Assembly (NCBI GenBank): GCA_048885925.1
Contig: JBHLLG010000007.1
Location: 22,806 to 86,805, forward strand
DNA length: 64,000 nt
Direction: 5' to 3'
DNA from: Candidatus Hermodarchaeota archaeon
GTDB lineage: Archaea; Asgardarchaeota; Lokiarchaeia; Sigyniarchaeales; SOKP01
The notes under the pieces: generated by a model
Seen by the model: the letters and a program-made list of their open reading frames with translations, nothing else
Told to the model about the DNA's origin: nothing
Databases searched by the model: none
In this document: piece after piece, positions 1-11,051 of the stretch
How the letters are laid out: each line of letters opens with the position of its first letter
Position numbering within the stretch: position 1 is the stretch's first letter
Program-made: the position numbers and the translations under genes

Positions 1-777
1 GAAAATGAAGAATTAACAAATATAAAAAGACTAAACTTTCAACTAATGGAACAAAATGGATTACTTCGTTTAGAAGTAGAATCTTTAAAATCACAGATAC
101 AAGGATTTTTAGAAGACGCAAATTCAGAAGAATTGAGATTAGCTAATGAAAAAAATGATATATTATTATCAAAATTGAAAGATTATAAAACACAAATCGA
201 AAACTTGAAAGAGCAATTGGAAATATCTAGTGAACCTGCTATAATCTCAACAGCGGATGCGTTAGAATTTACTGAAATGAGAAATCAAATAGATAATTTA
301 AATTCTGAGCTATTAAAATTGAAGGAGGAAAATCAAGAACTTAATAATACAATAAATAATTTAAAAGCACAAATGCTACAAGTGAAAAATGAAAAAATTC
401 AAACAATAAGTAGCATTAAAGAACTTCCAAAAAAGTATCAGTCCTCTTTTTTCGATATTATGTATTATTTACTTGAAGAGGATAAAAAACAAATTATCAT
501 AGATTTACTAATTCAAAATTTAAATAGTAAATATATTGAAACAAAAAGAACAGCGATCAAAATATTAAGTAAAATAAAAGAAAATAAAGTCTATAATGCC
601 TTTCTTGAAGCATTAAATGATAAGAATTGGTTGATTAGATATAGTATTATTAAAGCTTTGAGTGAATTTGAAGAGAAAAGTGATGATTTAAAAGTAATAT
701 TAAACAAATTTACAAGAGATACCGATGTAGATGTTAGAGAGCTTGTATTAAAACTTTTAAGTGATATTACTGAATAA
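1..777 (+). CDS. Coiled-coil protein with C-terminal HEAT repeats (probably 5'-truncated by the window edge)
   Basis: Frame is open from base 1. Heptad-rich N-terminus. HEAT-like C-terminus (LNDKNWLIRYSIIKAL, DTDVDVRELV). Confidence 0.7.
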   Translation, partial: ENEELTNIKRLNFQLMEQNGLLRLEVESLKSQIQGFLEDANSEELRLANEKNDILLSKLKDYKTQIENLKEQLEISSEPAIISTADALEFTEMRNQIDNLNSELLKLKEENQELNNTINNLKAQMLQVKNEKIQTISSIKELPKKYQSSFFDIMYYLLEEDKKQIIIDLLIQNLNSKYIETKRTAIKILSKIKENKVYNAFLEALNDKNWLIRYSIIKALSEFEEKSDDLKVILNKFTRDTDVDVRELVLKLLSDITE

Positions 778-875
778 TATTTAAGTTATACAAACCAATA
801 TTTTTTTTAGACGTATTAATTAAATTTAATTCTCTAAATTTAACTATATAATTATTCATAAAAGGATATTATATC

Positions 876-1139
876 ATGCCTAGAAGACTATTCACACCGA
901 ATAGATGGAATTGGTCTCAAAAGGCTGAAAAATGGGTGTATGTTAGAATCAATAAAGAAGGTAAGAGAGAATATCTTTATCAAATAGAACCACCTAAAGA
1001 ATTTGTCAATTTAACAATTAAAATAAAAAAACTAAATGAAAAATTATTGGAAACTGCAGATCCGGATGAAAATGTGAAGATTTTCAATGAGATTATTGAA
1101 ATATCTAAAAAGATGCAAGAAATGGGGAAATCTATTTGA
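876..1139 (+). CDS. Hypothetical protein
   Basis: 87-aa ORF with ATG start, Trp-rich N-terminus and helical C-terminus; family not recognised. Confidence 0.6.
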   Translation: MPRRLFTPNRWNWSQKAEKWVYVRINKEGKREYLYQIEPPKEFVNLTIKIKKLNEKLLETADPDENVKIFNEIIEISKKMQEMGKSI

Positions 1140-1147
1140 ACTTTCAA

Positions 1148-1888
1148 TTATTGAACAATTTCTTTTACTTTTTCTCGAGAATAGTAGTCTGCTAAATAAA
1201 GCGGTTCGGGTTGTCTATGTTCTTTCGTTGTGAGCAAACATATATTTAATGCAGTATCAATATCAACTTTATACCCTTCACTTACGAAAACAGGATTAGA
1301 AGCATCTTTTAAACAGACAGCGTATCCAAGAAGTTCATTTAAAAATCCTTTAAATTTATTAATTGGCTTTCGTGACCATACTGGTGCTTTATAACCTTTA
1401 AATTTCTCTATTCTGTTCCAATCAGAATATCCAATAAACATTTTTTTTGCAACACCAATTGTGGGAATATTTAGAGCGATACCAAGATGAATTGCTTCTC
1501 CAAATCTTCTTGGATGAATTTTTCCGTGTCCATCACATAATATTAATTCTGGAGGACTAGGAAGTTTTAAAATTGCTGCTGCTAATATTTTACATTCTCG
1601 AAATCCTAAAAATCCTGGTTTATATGGGAAATTTATCTTATCTTGAGCAAAGCAGGATATTTCAATTTTACCTTGATCTACGTCCCAAAGAATGGCACAT
1701 GCAACTCCATATTCGACCTTCTTCTTATTATAATATGACACATCTACTCCGGCAATAGTTTTAATTGACTTGAAATTGTCAACTTTACTCTCTTCTCTAG
1801 TTTTGATTAATTTTTGAAATTTATTTTGAAGAGATTTAGCTTCTTCAAATGAGTAATCATCTCTTAATAACTCATACAAAATTGGCAT
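1148..1888 (-). CDS. nfi: Endonuclease V
   Basis: Motifs AGVDVSY, FPYKPGFLGFRE, DGHGKIHPRRFG, IGVAK, PEPLYLAD. Confidence 0.95.
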   Translation of the reverse strand: MPILYELLRDDYSFEEAKSLQNKFQKLIKTREESKVDNFKSIKTIAGVDVSYYNKKKVEYGVACAILWDVDQGKIEISCFAQDKINFPYKPGFLGFRECKILAAAILKLPSPPELILCDGHGKIHPRRFGEAIHLGIALNIPTIGVAKKMFIGYSDWNRIEKFKGYKAPVWSRKPINKFKGFLNELLGYAVCLKDASNPVFVSEGYKVDIDTALNICLLTTKEHRQPEPLYLADYYSREKVKEIVQ

Positions 1889-2046
1889 TTTAAAACTATA
1901 TTTAAATAAATCTTATGAATTATTACTTTCAATTATCCTATAATTATTCTTAATCTGATTTTTAACTTAAAAAATTAATAGCTATAAATAAAAAATTTAC
2001 ATTAATTAAAAAACAATTATTACAAAAAAAGGAAAAAAATAAAAAA

Positions 2047-2850
2047 ATGAAGATCGCAGTTTCAGGGAAAGGTGGAGTAGGAAAGACATTAGTTTCTGGT
2101 ATTTTAGCAAGAATGTTTGCAGCAGATGGATTTAAAGTATTAGCAATCGATAATGACTCAGCAATGAATCTTAGCTATACCTTAGGTATTGATGAAGAAA
2201 TAAAAAAGCAAATTGTCCCAATTAAAGAAATGAAGTCAATGATTGGGGAAAGAACGTTTGTAAAAGGTGCTGGTCCTGGAGTATATAATATAAACCCAGA
2301 AGTTTCTGACATACCAGATAAGTTCAAGGTTTCTGGTCCGGATGGTCTACAATTATTAGTATTAGGGGGAATTGAGGAGCCAGCTACAGGATGTTTATGC
2401 CCTGAAAATGCTTTGATAAGAACTCTTTTATATAATTTGTTTGTGAAACGAGATGAAGTTATCATAGTCGATTTTGAAGCAGGTATAGAACATTTAGGCC
2501 GCGGTACGGCAAAAGGCATTGATTTAATGTTAGTTATAACTGAACCATCCCAAAAATCTTTAGATCTCTGCAAGAAAATCATTGAATTATCTAAAAAGTT
2601 AGGTGTAATCAATATTTATTTAATAGCTAATAAAATAACAGATGAGTCCCAAATTGATATTATTAATCAAAGAATAATGGATTGGGATGTTCCCCTATAT
2701 CATTCGCTTCCTTTTGACCCAGAAATAGGAAAAGCTGATTTAGAAGGTATCTCTCCACTAGATTTCAATTCAAATTCAGAAGTAATTAAATCTATTAAAA
2801 ATCTTTATCTTAAATTAAAGAAATTAAAACAAGAATTATTTGATATATAG
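2047..2850 (+). CDS. cooC: CooC/AcsF-type nickel-insertion ATPase
   Basis: Deviant Walker A GKGGVGKT, Ni-binding GCLCPEN, DFEAGIEHLGRGT. Confidence 0.9.
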   Translation: MKIAVSGKGGVGKTLVSGILARMFAADGFKVLAIDNDSAMNLSYTLGIDEEIKKQIVPIKEMKSMIGERTFVKGAGPGVYNINPEVSDIPDKFKVSGPDGLQLLVLGGIEEPATGCLCPENALIRTLLYNLFVKRDEVIIVDFEAGIEHLGRGTAKGIDLMLVITEPSQKSLDLCKKIIELSKKLGVINIYLIANKITDESQIDIINQRIMDWDVPLYHSLPFDPEIGKADLEGISPLDFNSNSEVIKSIKNLYLKLKKLKQELFDI

Positions 2851-2909
2851 ATTGTAAAAACCTTCTTATTACCTAATTATATTTTAAAATAATCATTTAA
2901 AAAAGAGAT

Positions 2910-3434
2910 TTACCAGATATGGAGAAAATAAGTCATAATATATGATAATATTAATCCAATAAAGAAATGAATACCCCAACTTTTAAAATGATAAATAACT
3001 TTTTCAGAGTGCAATACTTTATCTTTATAGCTTTCCTTCTCCTTAAATTTTATCATAATTAAATTAATAACCACTAAACCAATAACATAAATCGGTTGTA
3101 AGAAATATATTGAAATAAGAATTTGGATTGGGGGATTCCCTCCAAAAGTCATATGAATGTGACCTCCAATATTGACTAGCTCAATTAGAAATCTGAAAAG
3201 TATGTAAGAAAGGGGATACATTCCAAGAAGGATTGCAGTTTTAATGTTTTTGCGATAAATTAGAATCATAATAATTACAACTTCGATGAGAATTAACAAA
3301 TTAATAATAGACCAATACTTAAAACTTGTTGGATAATAACACAGCTGTGAAATTATAAAAAGTATGTAAAGGTTAGGATAAATTAACAAAATAAGGTATC
3401 GGTTTCCTTTTTTGAGATCTTGCTTTTCTTGCAT
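2910..3434 (-). CDS. Hypothetical membrane protein
   Basis: 174 aa with about 5 hydrophobic segments. Confidence 0.55.
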   Translation of the reverse strand: MQEKQDLKKGNRYLILLIYPNLYILFIISQLCYYPTSFKYWSIINLLILIEVVIIMILIYRKNIKTAILLGMYPLSYILFRFLIELVNIGGHIHMTFGGNPPIQILISIYFLQPIYVIGLVVINLIMIKFKEKESYKDKVLHSEKVIYHFKSWGIHFFIGLILSYIMTYFLHIW

Positions 3435-3515
3435 AAAAATCTATTGAAGATTTTGAATATGTTATAATTTAGAAAATTAATTTAAATCTTTTGATCTTAA
3501 TTTCATTTTAATAGT

Positions 3516-3758
3516 TTAGATAACATCTGTAAGATCTAAATTTTGGTCTTCAGCGAGTTCTTTCCATTGGTCTATTGCTTCTAATGCTTCTTTCTCATTC
3601 ATCACTTCTATAGCATAACCAGCATGAACAATAACGAACTTTCCAACCTCAGGATTTTGAATTAAAGCAATAATAACGTTTTGCTTAATCCCATCAAAAT
3701 CTACTAATGCAGAATTTCCATTAATTTCTAAAATTTTTCCTGGTATAGCCAGACACAT
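3516..3758 (-). CDS. hypC: Hydrogenase maturation chaperone HypC
   Basis: MCLAIPG N-terminus and VIVHAGYAI. Confidence 0.95.
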   Translation of the reverse strand: MCLAIPGKILEINGNSALVDFDGIKQNVIIALIQNPEVGKFVIVHAGYAIEVMNEKEALEAIDQWKELAEDQNLDLTDVI

Positions 3759-3854
3759 GAAAATTCTCTAAAAAAATTATCAATAAGTAATTTTTATAAT
3801 CTATCCCAACAAATAAAAGTAATCTTTTTATGAAATAAACATGGTAAGTTTATT

Positions 3855-6800
3855 TTATCTCGTACTCTGAATGAATTGTTTTTCAGCTTCTTTTATTTTC
3901 TGCCATTTTTTCCTTTCCGAACGTAGTTTGAAAAGATCTATATCCTTATAAATCAAATCTTCCTGTTTCGCGGGTATAACTCTTTCTGTACGTTCCTTTT
4001 CTGGAGTATAAATAAGTGAATCACCATAATCTGCCACATTAGCAAAAAAAGTATATGCATAAACTGACCTCCGCGCATCAAAATGAACTGCTTTAAAATC
4101 AGCTGTAACTGGCGTAAAGGCTGGATTTAATATAATATCAACAGGGGGCTCGAAGTTTTTTAATTCAACTCTTAAATCCATATCAAGAAAATCACGACAA
4201 ATCGCAATAACCATTCTTCCATACTTAGTGTTACAAACGACTATTTTTCGAGGAAGATTACTTGTTTCTATTCTTTCTTTAAATTTTTTTCCTTCTAGAC
4301 TTATAATGGCAGGGATATGCTTTTCTTGTTGCCAGAGGATTCCTTCAGGACCAATAACTGAGCTAATATTATTTTTTGTTTGTATTTCGTGATTTGACCC
4401 GGGAATAATATACATTTTATATTTTTTAGCTAAATTTATTATATCCTCAAAATGAAGTTTATATTTGAGATCAATCGTCATTTCAGGAAAAAGTAAAATG
4501 TTTACCTTTGCTTGATGAGCCTTTTCGACCATTTCCTTTACTTTTGAATAGATTGCATCCACTTTATTCTCTTTGAGAGTCAATAGACCTGTAGGATTTT
4601 CATCATAAAACTCACTTAACATATCTCCGGTAGTAGAAATACCAATTTGAGCAATCCCTACTCTAAATCTATCAATTTGTTTTTCAGGTTGCCCCTTTAA
4701 TAAGTCTTTATAGATCAATTTATATTTCTCTTTAATTATTTTGGTTTCTTCGACTAAATCATATTTTTGTGTATAACTCTGTACTTCACTTATTTTTGGA
4801 GATTGACTAGTTTCAATAGGACAAGCTGGAGCTATTATCCCTACAGTGGTTTTTGTTAGAGAAGGTTGTATTATCGTATTTAAAGCTGATACAATAATAG
4901 TTTTTTCTTTCAATACCATATCTAATCTTTCTAAGAGCTCTTTTTCTTTATTCTTATAACCTGCTTTTGCATAGAGCTCAGCAGCAGATTTAAGGAAGCC
5001 AGATCCCAATTCTAAAAGTTTATTTCTATGCCCAAGTTCTATTTCTTGGTCTGCACTAATTAAGTGCCAACTTGCATCAAAATATATTGATGTGGCTAAT
5101 GCCCACTCGGATCCATTTTCAAATCCACCTTTGTTATAATAAGTAGCTGCTTTTCTCAGTATTATTTTAATTTGTGGATATAGTTCTGCTTTTAGTTCTA
5201 TTTTTGTAGTTTCATCAAATTTACAACCAAGCTCCAAAGCTTGGCAGAATGCTGAATTACCTAAAGAAAGCATTTTTAATTTATTTTCACTAAATAGATT
5301 ACTAGCTTTATCAAATAAAGATGAGGCGTTTGAATATTTTTGAAAATCATTAGAATTCTCAGCGAGTTCCATATTTTCCCAAGCTTTACAAAGATAATAT
5401 ACTGCTTCTAATTCTCTTCTATCCCTTTCTATTTGAAACTTTTTACATATATTTTTGAATTGCGAAGCTGCGATAGAAAATTTCTCTCCTGCGGTAAGAT
5501 GTTCTCCCTTTTTTCCAAAAATTCTCGCGTTTTCAACATCTACTCTCGCATTACAATAATTAATTCTAATTTTCGCAACATTAATCAATTTTTTGATACG
5601 ATCTATTTCTAATTTATCTTTAGATTTCTGCAAAACACCATCCAGAATTTTTAACGCATCAATATAAAACTTACTACTATCTATGTATTGTTGTATAGCA
5701 GCTGAATGTTCTTCTTGTTTACTTAGATGTTCTGCTTCTTCTAAGTAAATCCAAGCATAATAATAAGAAGCTTCGAAATTATAACTCGGTAAATTTCTCA
5801 GGATCTGACAAGCTTTTTCATAACAATCTCTTGCATTAATATGGTTCTCTTCTTTGTGATATATTTTAGCAGTTTCTATTAACACCCAAGAATCTGCATA
5901 TGATATTTTTTCTTTAATCCTTTCCATAAGTGGTTTGTATTTAACATTTTTTAATGATTTAGAGTAAAATTTTTGTGCTTTATGGTATAACTCAGCAGAA
6001 GACTTATTATTTCCTAATCTATCTTCTATACGAGCGATATACTCATAAGTAGCGGCAGCATAAGAATAACGACCACTTCCAATAGTTTCATCAATTAAAT
6101 TATAAAATATTTCTTTTGCTTGTTCTAAATATTCTAATTTTCCTGAAATTATACCAATATCTTCTAATAATAATCCTAATCGGATTTGTCCAATCAATTC
6201 TGCCGTATAAGTCTCTGGTGTATATTCTAAATATTTTCTAGAAGCTTCAGCAGCAGAAATCAACATTTTTATCTTATTTTCATCCTCGATAGCTAAATCT
6301 GCAAGAGTTTTGTATGCTCTATACATTGAAGAATAACCTGCTGCCCGAATGATTCCACCTTCATAGTTCTCGCCTATTTTTACTGCCTTTTGAGCATAAT
6401 TAAACATTTTACCAGAATAATTATTTTGTTCATCTTTTAAACTGGAAAGATGTGTTAATTCTGAATAAGAATACGTTAACATTTGGAAAGTCCATGCTGA
6501 ATATGGTAAATTGGGAGATATAAAACCTAGAGCTTGCTTAGCGTATTTTACACCTTGTTTAGCATAGGATTTTCTTTGAGGAATAGTAAAGAAGCTTCGT
6601 TGAGATATATTAGCATAATAAAAAACTGGTAAAAAATATGCATAAAAACCTAAAGGATGATATAATCTGGAAAAAATCTTTCCTATTTTTAACATTTCAT
6701 TAACATCATTATATATTCTTTTTTGAACATAATCTACTTTTCGCTGAAAAAAAGCCCACCAGTTAAGAAAAAATATTGCTGCATTTATTATCATATTATT

Positions 6801-7688
6801 TTTAGCTTTTCTTGCGTAATTTAATCCTTTTTCTAGGAGGTTAATTCCCTTATTACACCAATCAATCTGCTCTATTTCATCCTTAATAAATTGAATAGCA
6901 TATGCACAATACATATCCCCATAAGCATAATATATCATACAATATGCTCTATCTTCTTCAAAATCTTTAAATAAATCAAGGAGTTCTCTAATTTTATTGA
7001 TTAGATTAATAATTAGATTTTTTAAATTATCATCCTTTTTAAAATTCTTATAAAAGATCTGAAAAAAAGTAGTTGGTATTAACGCATATATAATTTCACT
7101 TAAATATCTGATATTTTTTACTTCTATTACAGAATTAAAAGCTTTATCTATTAATCCTAAGAATTTTTGATATAAAAGATCATATTCAGATTCTTCAGAT
7201 AGATAATGTACAAGCCAAGAGATGCAAAATAAAGCTCTACTCAGAGTTCTTGCTTTACTTTCATTGTCCCCTTTTTGGGAATATAAATCACTAGCTTCAA
7301 GGAAGGAGTTAATTGATTCTTCAAGTGAGTTCTTTATTTTTTCAATAGATTTTGGGATAAATACTTGAGCATATAATTTTTCTCCCATACATTCTAATTC
7401 TTCTTCTATAGAACCAATCTGATTAAATAATTTTATTGCTTTAGTATAGGCACTAATAGCTTTGCTACATCTATTATTTAAATCAGCTGCTGAATCTACA
7501 ATTTCTGAGGCCATCATACTAACAAAACCTAATTTTTTAAAAGCAATGGCAGCCTTCTCAATCATCCTGTTTTCTATAAAACAATTTGCGATTTGTTCAT
7601 AAAGGTTTGCTGCCTCTATCCAGTTAAAATTATCTTCCTCTAGTTTTGCCTTTTCTAACAGTGCTTCCTCTTGCGTATTTTCAACCAT
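3855..7688 (-). CDS. Large TPR/alpha-solenoid protein with C-terminal carbon-nitrogen hydrolase (nitrilase-fold) domain
   Basis: About 950 aa of helical repeats, then a Glu-Lys-Cys triad context: FPEM, QEKHIP, AICRDF. Confidence 0.75.
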   Translation of the reverse strand: MVENTQEEALLEKAKLEEDNFNWIEAANLYEQIANCFIENRMIEKAAIAFKKLGFVSMMASEIVDSAADLNNRCSKAISAYTKAIKLFNQIGSIEEELECMGEKLYAQVFIPKSIEKIKNSLEESINSFLEASDLYSQKGDNESKARTLSRALFCISWLVHYLSEESEYDLLYQKFLGLIDKAFNSVIEVKNIRYLSEIIYALIPTTFFQIFYKNFKKDDNLKNLIINLINKIRELLDLFKDFEEDRAYCMIYYAYGDMYCAYAIQFIKDEIEQIDWCNKGINLLEKGLNYARKAKNNMIINAAIFFLNWWAFFQRKVDYVQKRIYNDVNEMLKIGKIFSRLYHPLGFYAYFLPVFYYANISQRSFFTIPQRKSYAKQGVKYAKQALGFISPNLPYSAWTFQMLTYSYSELTHLSSLKDEQNNYSGKMFNYAQKAVKIGENYEGGIIRAAGYSSMYRAYKTLADLAIEDENKIKMLISAAEASRKYLEYTPETYTAELIGQIRLGLLLEDIGIISGKLEYLEQAKEIFYNLIDETIGSGRYSYAAATYEYIARIEDRLGNNKSSAELYHKAQKFYSKSLKNVKYKPLMERIKEKISYADSWVLIETAKIYHKEENHINARDCYEKACQILRNLPSYNFEASYYYAWIYLEEAEHLSKQEEHSAAIQQYIDSSKFYIDALKILDGVLQKSKDKLEIDRIKKLINVAKIRINYCNARVDVENARIFGKKGEHLTAGEKFSIAASQFKNICKKFQIERDRRELEAVYYLCKAWENMELAENSNDFQKYSNASSLFDKASNLFSENKLKMLSLGNSAFCQALELGCKFDETTKIELKAELYPQIKIILRKAATYYNKGGFENGSEWALATSIYFDASWHLISADQEIELGHRNKLLELGSGFLKSAAELYAKAGYKNKEKELLERLDMVLKEKTIIVSALNTIIQPSLTKTTVGIIAPACPIETSQSPKISEVQSYTQKYDLVEETKIIKEKYKLIYKDLLKGQPEKQIDRFRVGIAQIGISTTGDMLSEFYDENPTGLLTLKENKVDAIYSKVKEMVEKAHQAKVNILLFPEMTIDLKYKLHFEDIINLAKKYKMYIIPGSNHEIQTKNNISSVIGPEGILWQQEKHIPAIISLEGKKFKERIETSNLPRKIVVCNTKYGRMVIAICRDFLDMDLRVELKNFEPPVDIILNPAFTPVTADFKAVHFDARRSVYAYTFFANVADYGDSLIYTPEKERTERVIPAKQEDLIYKDIDLFKLRSERKKWQKIKEAEKQFIQSTR

Positions 7689-7920
7689 CTACTATCAGTT
7701 TCTCAAAAAAGATGTTTAATTCTTTTCTTCCCTCAATAATCAAATTAAATGTGATTAATATAAAGATATTTCTTTTTTAATTTTATATATGTTTAAGAGT
7801 GTTATAATCTCTTTCTAATTTGTAAAAATAATAATCTCATTATCAATTTCAGACTAATGTTTATGAACTCAAGAAATATCAAATTTAATATTCTTGAATC
7901 TTCTTTATGAAAGGATAGAC

Positions 7921-8715
7921 TTATGGTTTACCGGAATAGAAAGCAATAAGGTCGGATAACCAATTAAAGATTTCTTCTTTTGAAAGATTATCAATATTAA
8001 ATTTTAATCTTTCTAATTCTCTTATGATATTTTTAACATCTAATGGAACAGATCGCTGACATAACTCGAATAAAAATTCATTACTTTTTGTCACTAATGA
8101 TTTTATTTCCAAATCCATGGCATCAAACATAGTTGAATTATCTAACTCATCTACCGTTTTGTTAAGATCTGCAAGGAGATTTATTAAATCAAAAAGTCTA
8201 CTAGTTTCATTCCCTTTAAATGAACTATCAAATTGAAAGAAAAAACCTCTATAATCATCGATAGGAATTAACTCAGAATATTGGTTGGCTATTCGAATAA
8301 CTGATTTTACATGCTTATACAAATTAGAAGGAGCCCAGGCATATAAATCAAAACTTGATTCTACCTCATTACTTCGGATGTCTAAATTAAATTGATGTTC
8401 ATCTTTGAAATATCCAAAAGGAATAATAACAAAATCCAATGAATTTATATCAGTTTTAGTTAAAGCAAAGTTTAAATCACCTATAGTATAACTCTGATCA
8501 ATTGAATGTCTATATAAGTCAAATTTCACTCTTTTAAAAGCTGGTTTATACATATAAAATAATAACCCTTCGAATCCTTGAAGACTAAATTCTACTGAAA
8601 AATGAATAATCCTTCTTATATTCGTTCCATTCTTAAATCTTATATTAAGAAATAAATGATAATAATTTTCAAAGTATTGGAAAAACCAAGGAGCATCTCT
8701 CTTTAAATTAAGCAT
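7921..8715 (-). CDS. Hypothetical protein
   Basis: 264-aa ORF; no family recognised. Confidence 0.6.
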   Translation of the reverse strand: MLNLKRDAPWFFQYFENYYHLFLNIRFKNGTNIRRIIHFSVEFSLQGFEGLLFYMYKPAFKRVKFDLYRHSIDQSYTIGDLNFALTKTDINSLDFVIIPFGYFKDEHQFNLDIRSNEVESSFDLYAWAPSNLYKHVKSVIRIANQYSELIPIDDYRGFFFQFDSSFKGNETSRLFDLINLLADLNKTVDELDNSTMFDAMDLEIKSLVTKSNEFLFELCQRSVPLDVKNIIRELERLKFNIDNLSKEEIFNWLSDLIAFYSGKP

Positions 8716-9020
8716 GATAATATAAACTTTGTATTATTTTTGTTTTTTATTTTAAATAATCCCTTAGATAAATACAAGGATATTTTTTATTTATACAAAA
8801 TTCTCAAATTTCAAAATATTAGAAAAATCTTTATTATTTAAATCTTACAATCCTAAAAACAATGTTAAAAAAAAGAAGAATAAAAAATAGCTGTATGTCG
8901 TCTAGTTCGATAATTTTTTAAGCAAATCATAGAAGAACTAACAATTAAACACAAATTTGATTAAAAGCAGATGTTAAAATTACCTTCAAAATGTTTTAGA
9001 AAAAGCTCATAATAAGTTTT

Positions 9021-9320
9021 TTACTCATCATGCTTTTCTTTTTTCTTTTTTTTATGAGAAGATTCAAAAAATAAAGATTTTTTCAATTTGAACTCAATCT
9101 TTCGTAATGTATCTTGTAGATCCAAAGTATCATAATCTTTCATAAGTAAATCTATCAAGCTATTCTTTAACGCTTCTAAATTATCAACTCCACATTGATA
9201 ATAGACACTATCGTGATCTAGTGCTAAATTCAAAATCTCAAATAATCCGTAAAGGGCATCCCGTACTTTATCATAGTAATCCCAAGCATCCTCATCAAAA
9301 TCATCGTCTGAATTACTCAT
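9021..9320 (-). CDS. Small hypothetical protein
   Basis: 99 aa with acidic N-terminus and basic C-terminus. Confidence 0.6.
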   Translation of the reverse strand: MSNSDDDFDEDAWDYYDKVRDALYGLFEILNLALDHDSVYYQCGVDNLEALKNSLIDLLMKDYDTLDLQDTLRKIEFKLKKSLFFESSHKKKKKEKHDE

Positions 9321-9605
9321 AAACTCTCAATAAGAATGAATTTTGAATATCATATAAAAATTTTTAGTAAAAAATAAAAGATTTGTTGCTCATTCTCCTT
9401 TTTTTTGCAACTCGTTTTGCTATTGGATTTATTTATTTATCTAAAATTTCCACAAATTTTATAATGTAATTAAATTAACAGAGAATTCCTTCAAATATGA
9501 AAAAATTCCTCTTTTCATATTTTTTAATGAAAATTTATTACTAATTTTTAATGTTAAATAGAAAAAAAATAAAAAAAAATAAAATATTTTAAAATTTTCA
9601 GTTAT

Positions 9606-10484
9606 TTATAAACCAAGCTTTTCTAATACGCCAGATAATCTTGTACGATGAAATTTTAATCCTAATTCATCAGGATTAAATCCCATTGCTAAAGCATATA
9701 ATTCAGTTAAATATAATACTGGAATACTATATTCAGTTTCAAACATTTTGCCCAGATCTCTCTGACGAGTATCAAATTGTTGAAAACATGCAGGACAATT
9801 TACAACAATAACATCTGCTCCGGTTTTTTTAATATTATCCATTTTTTTCTTTAAGTTTGCCATTCCATGCTCCTCATAGGCATTGGTTACTGCTGCACCA
9901 CAACATAGTGCTAATTCTTCATAATCTACAACTGTAGCGCCAGAAGCAGTTACCAATTCTTTTAAATTAGTTGGTCGAATCGGATCATCAGACTCCATCC
10001 ATTCAGCAGGTCGCATATAATGACAACCAGGATGAACTGCTACCTTCAGACCACTTAATTGCTTTGTTATTGCATTTCTAATCTTATCCTTACCTACTTC
10101 ATCTTTCAATACATCGACAAAATGTTTTACATCAATAGAACCTTTAAATTCCTTTCCAATTTTGGCTAACTCTGAATTAACCTTATCTTTCTTTAAATTA
10201 TCATGCTTCAATTGATGTTGAACTCCCCTTAAAGTATTAGCACAGCCATTACACAAGGATACAATATCTTTTCCTTCAACTTCAGCAAGACAAAGATTTC
10301 GAGCCCCTATTACCAACCAAGCATCATTATCAAAACTTTTCATACCAGTTGGATCTGGACAGCAAGAGAATGGCGCTTGAGAAGTTTCTATTCCTAGCTT
10401 ATCAAAAACTTTTCTTGATGCAGCTTCAATAAAAGGGATTCTATTACCAATAGTACATCCCTCAAACATTTTATATTCAGTCAT
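9606..10484 (-). CDS. hdrB: Heterodisulfide reductase subunit B-like protein (two CCG domains)
   Basis: GCT...CCP...CNGC and HPGCH...CCG...CPAC motifs; directly downstream of hdrC. Confidence 0.9.
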   Translation of the reverse strand: MTEYKMFEGCTIGNRIPFIEAASRKVFDKLGIETSQAPFSCCPDPTGMKSFDNDAWLVIGARNLCLAEVEGKDIVSLCNGCANTLRGVQHQLKHDNLKKDKVNSELAKIGKEFKGSIDVKHFVDVLKDEVGKDKIRNAITKQLSGLKVAVHPGCHYMRPAEWMESDDPIRPTNLKELVTASGATVVDYEELALCCGAAVTNAYEEHGMANLKKKMDNIKKTGADVIVVNCPACFQQFDTRQRDLGKMFETEYSIPVLYLTELYALAMGFNPDELGLKFHRTRLSGVLEKLGL

Positions 10485-10501
10485 TTTTAATTACCCTCGA
10501 G

Positions 10502-11017
10502 TTATTTTAATTTTCTATCAGTTCTAATATTCTTTAATAATGTCTGTACTTCACTTATATTCGGATCTTTAACAGCTGGTAAACCTAATTGCTCTCTTCG
10601 TCTCTCAATTGCAGGTTGCGAAGGAATTGCTTTAGCGTTTTCAAATATAGCTTTTGCTTGTGAATATATAAATTCTGGACCTTTACCTAAAGCAATACTT
10701 TGATTTTTTAGAAAAGTAAAGATTTCTGTAAGTTCAATCTTTTGAGGACATACTTCATCACATGTATCACATACAGTACACCCCCAAATCCCTAACTCGT
10801 CTCCTCCAAGGAGTAAATCTTTATATCCTAATAATGCTGCTAAGATATTGCTTCTAGGATTATATCCTGTGGTTGTATAAAAATCAGTTGTAACCGCAGT
10901 TACAGGACAATTATCAGCACATCTACTGCATTGATAACAATATTTAATTACATCAGGCCCAATGTGAAAATCCATAACTTGTTTTCTAAATTCGAAATTT
11001 GCTTCCATTTTTCTCAA
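10502..11017 (-). CDS. hdrC: Heterodisulfide reductase subunit C-like protein (2x[4Fe-4S])
   Basis: CYQCSRCADNCP and CTVCDTCDEVCPQ; start may be the ATG at 11008. Confidence 0.88.
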   Translation of the reverse strand: MRKMEANFEFRKQVMDFHIGPDVIKYCYQCSRCADNCPVTAVTTDFYTTTGYNPRSNILAALLGYKDLLLGGDELGIWGCTVCDTCDEVCPQKIELTEIFTFLKNQSIALGKGPEFIYSQAKAIFENAKAIPSQPAIERRREQLGLPAVKDPNISEVQTLLKNIRTDRKLK

Positions 11018-11051
11018 CTTTTTTCTTATTATTTGAATGATTTTTTTTATT

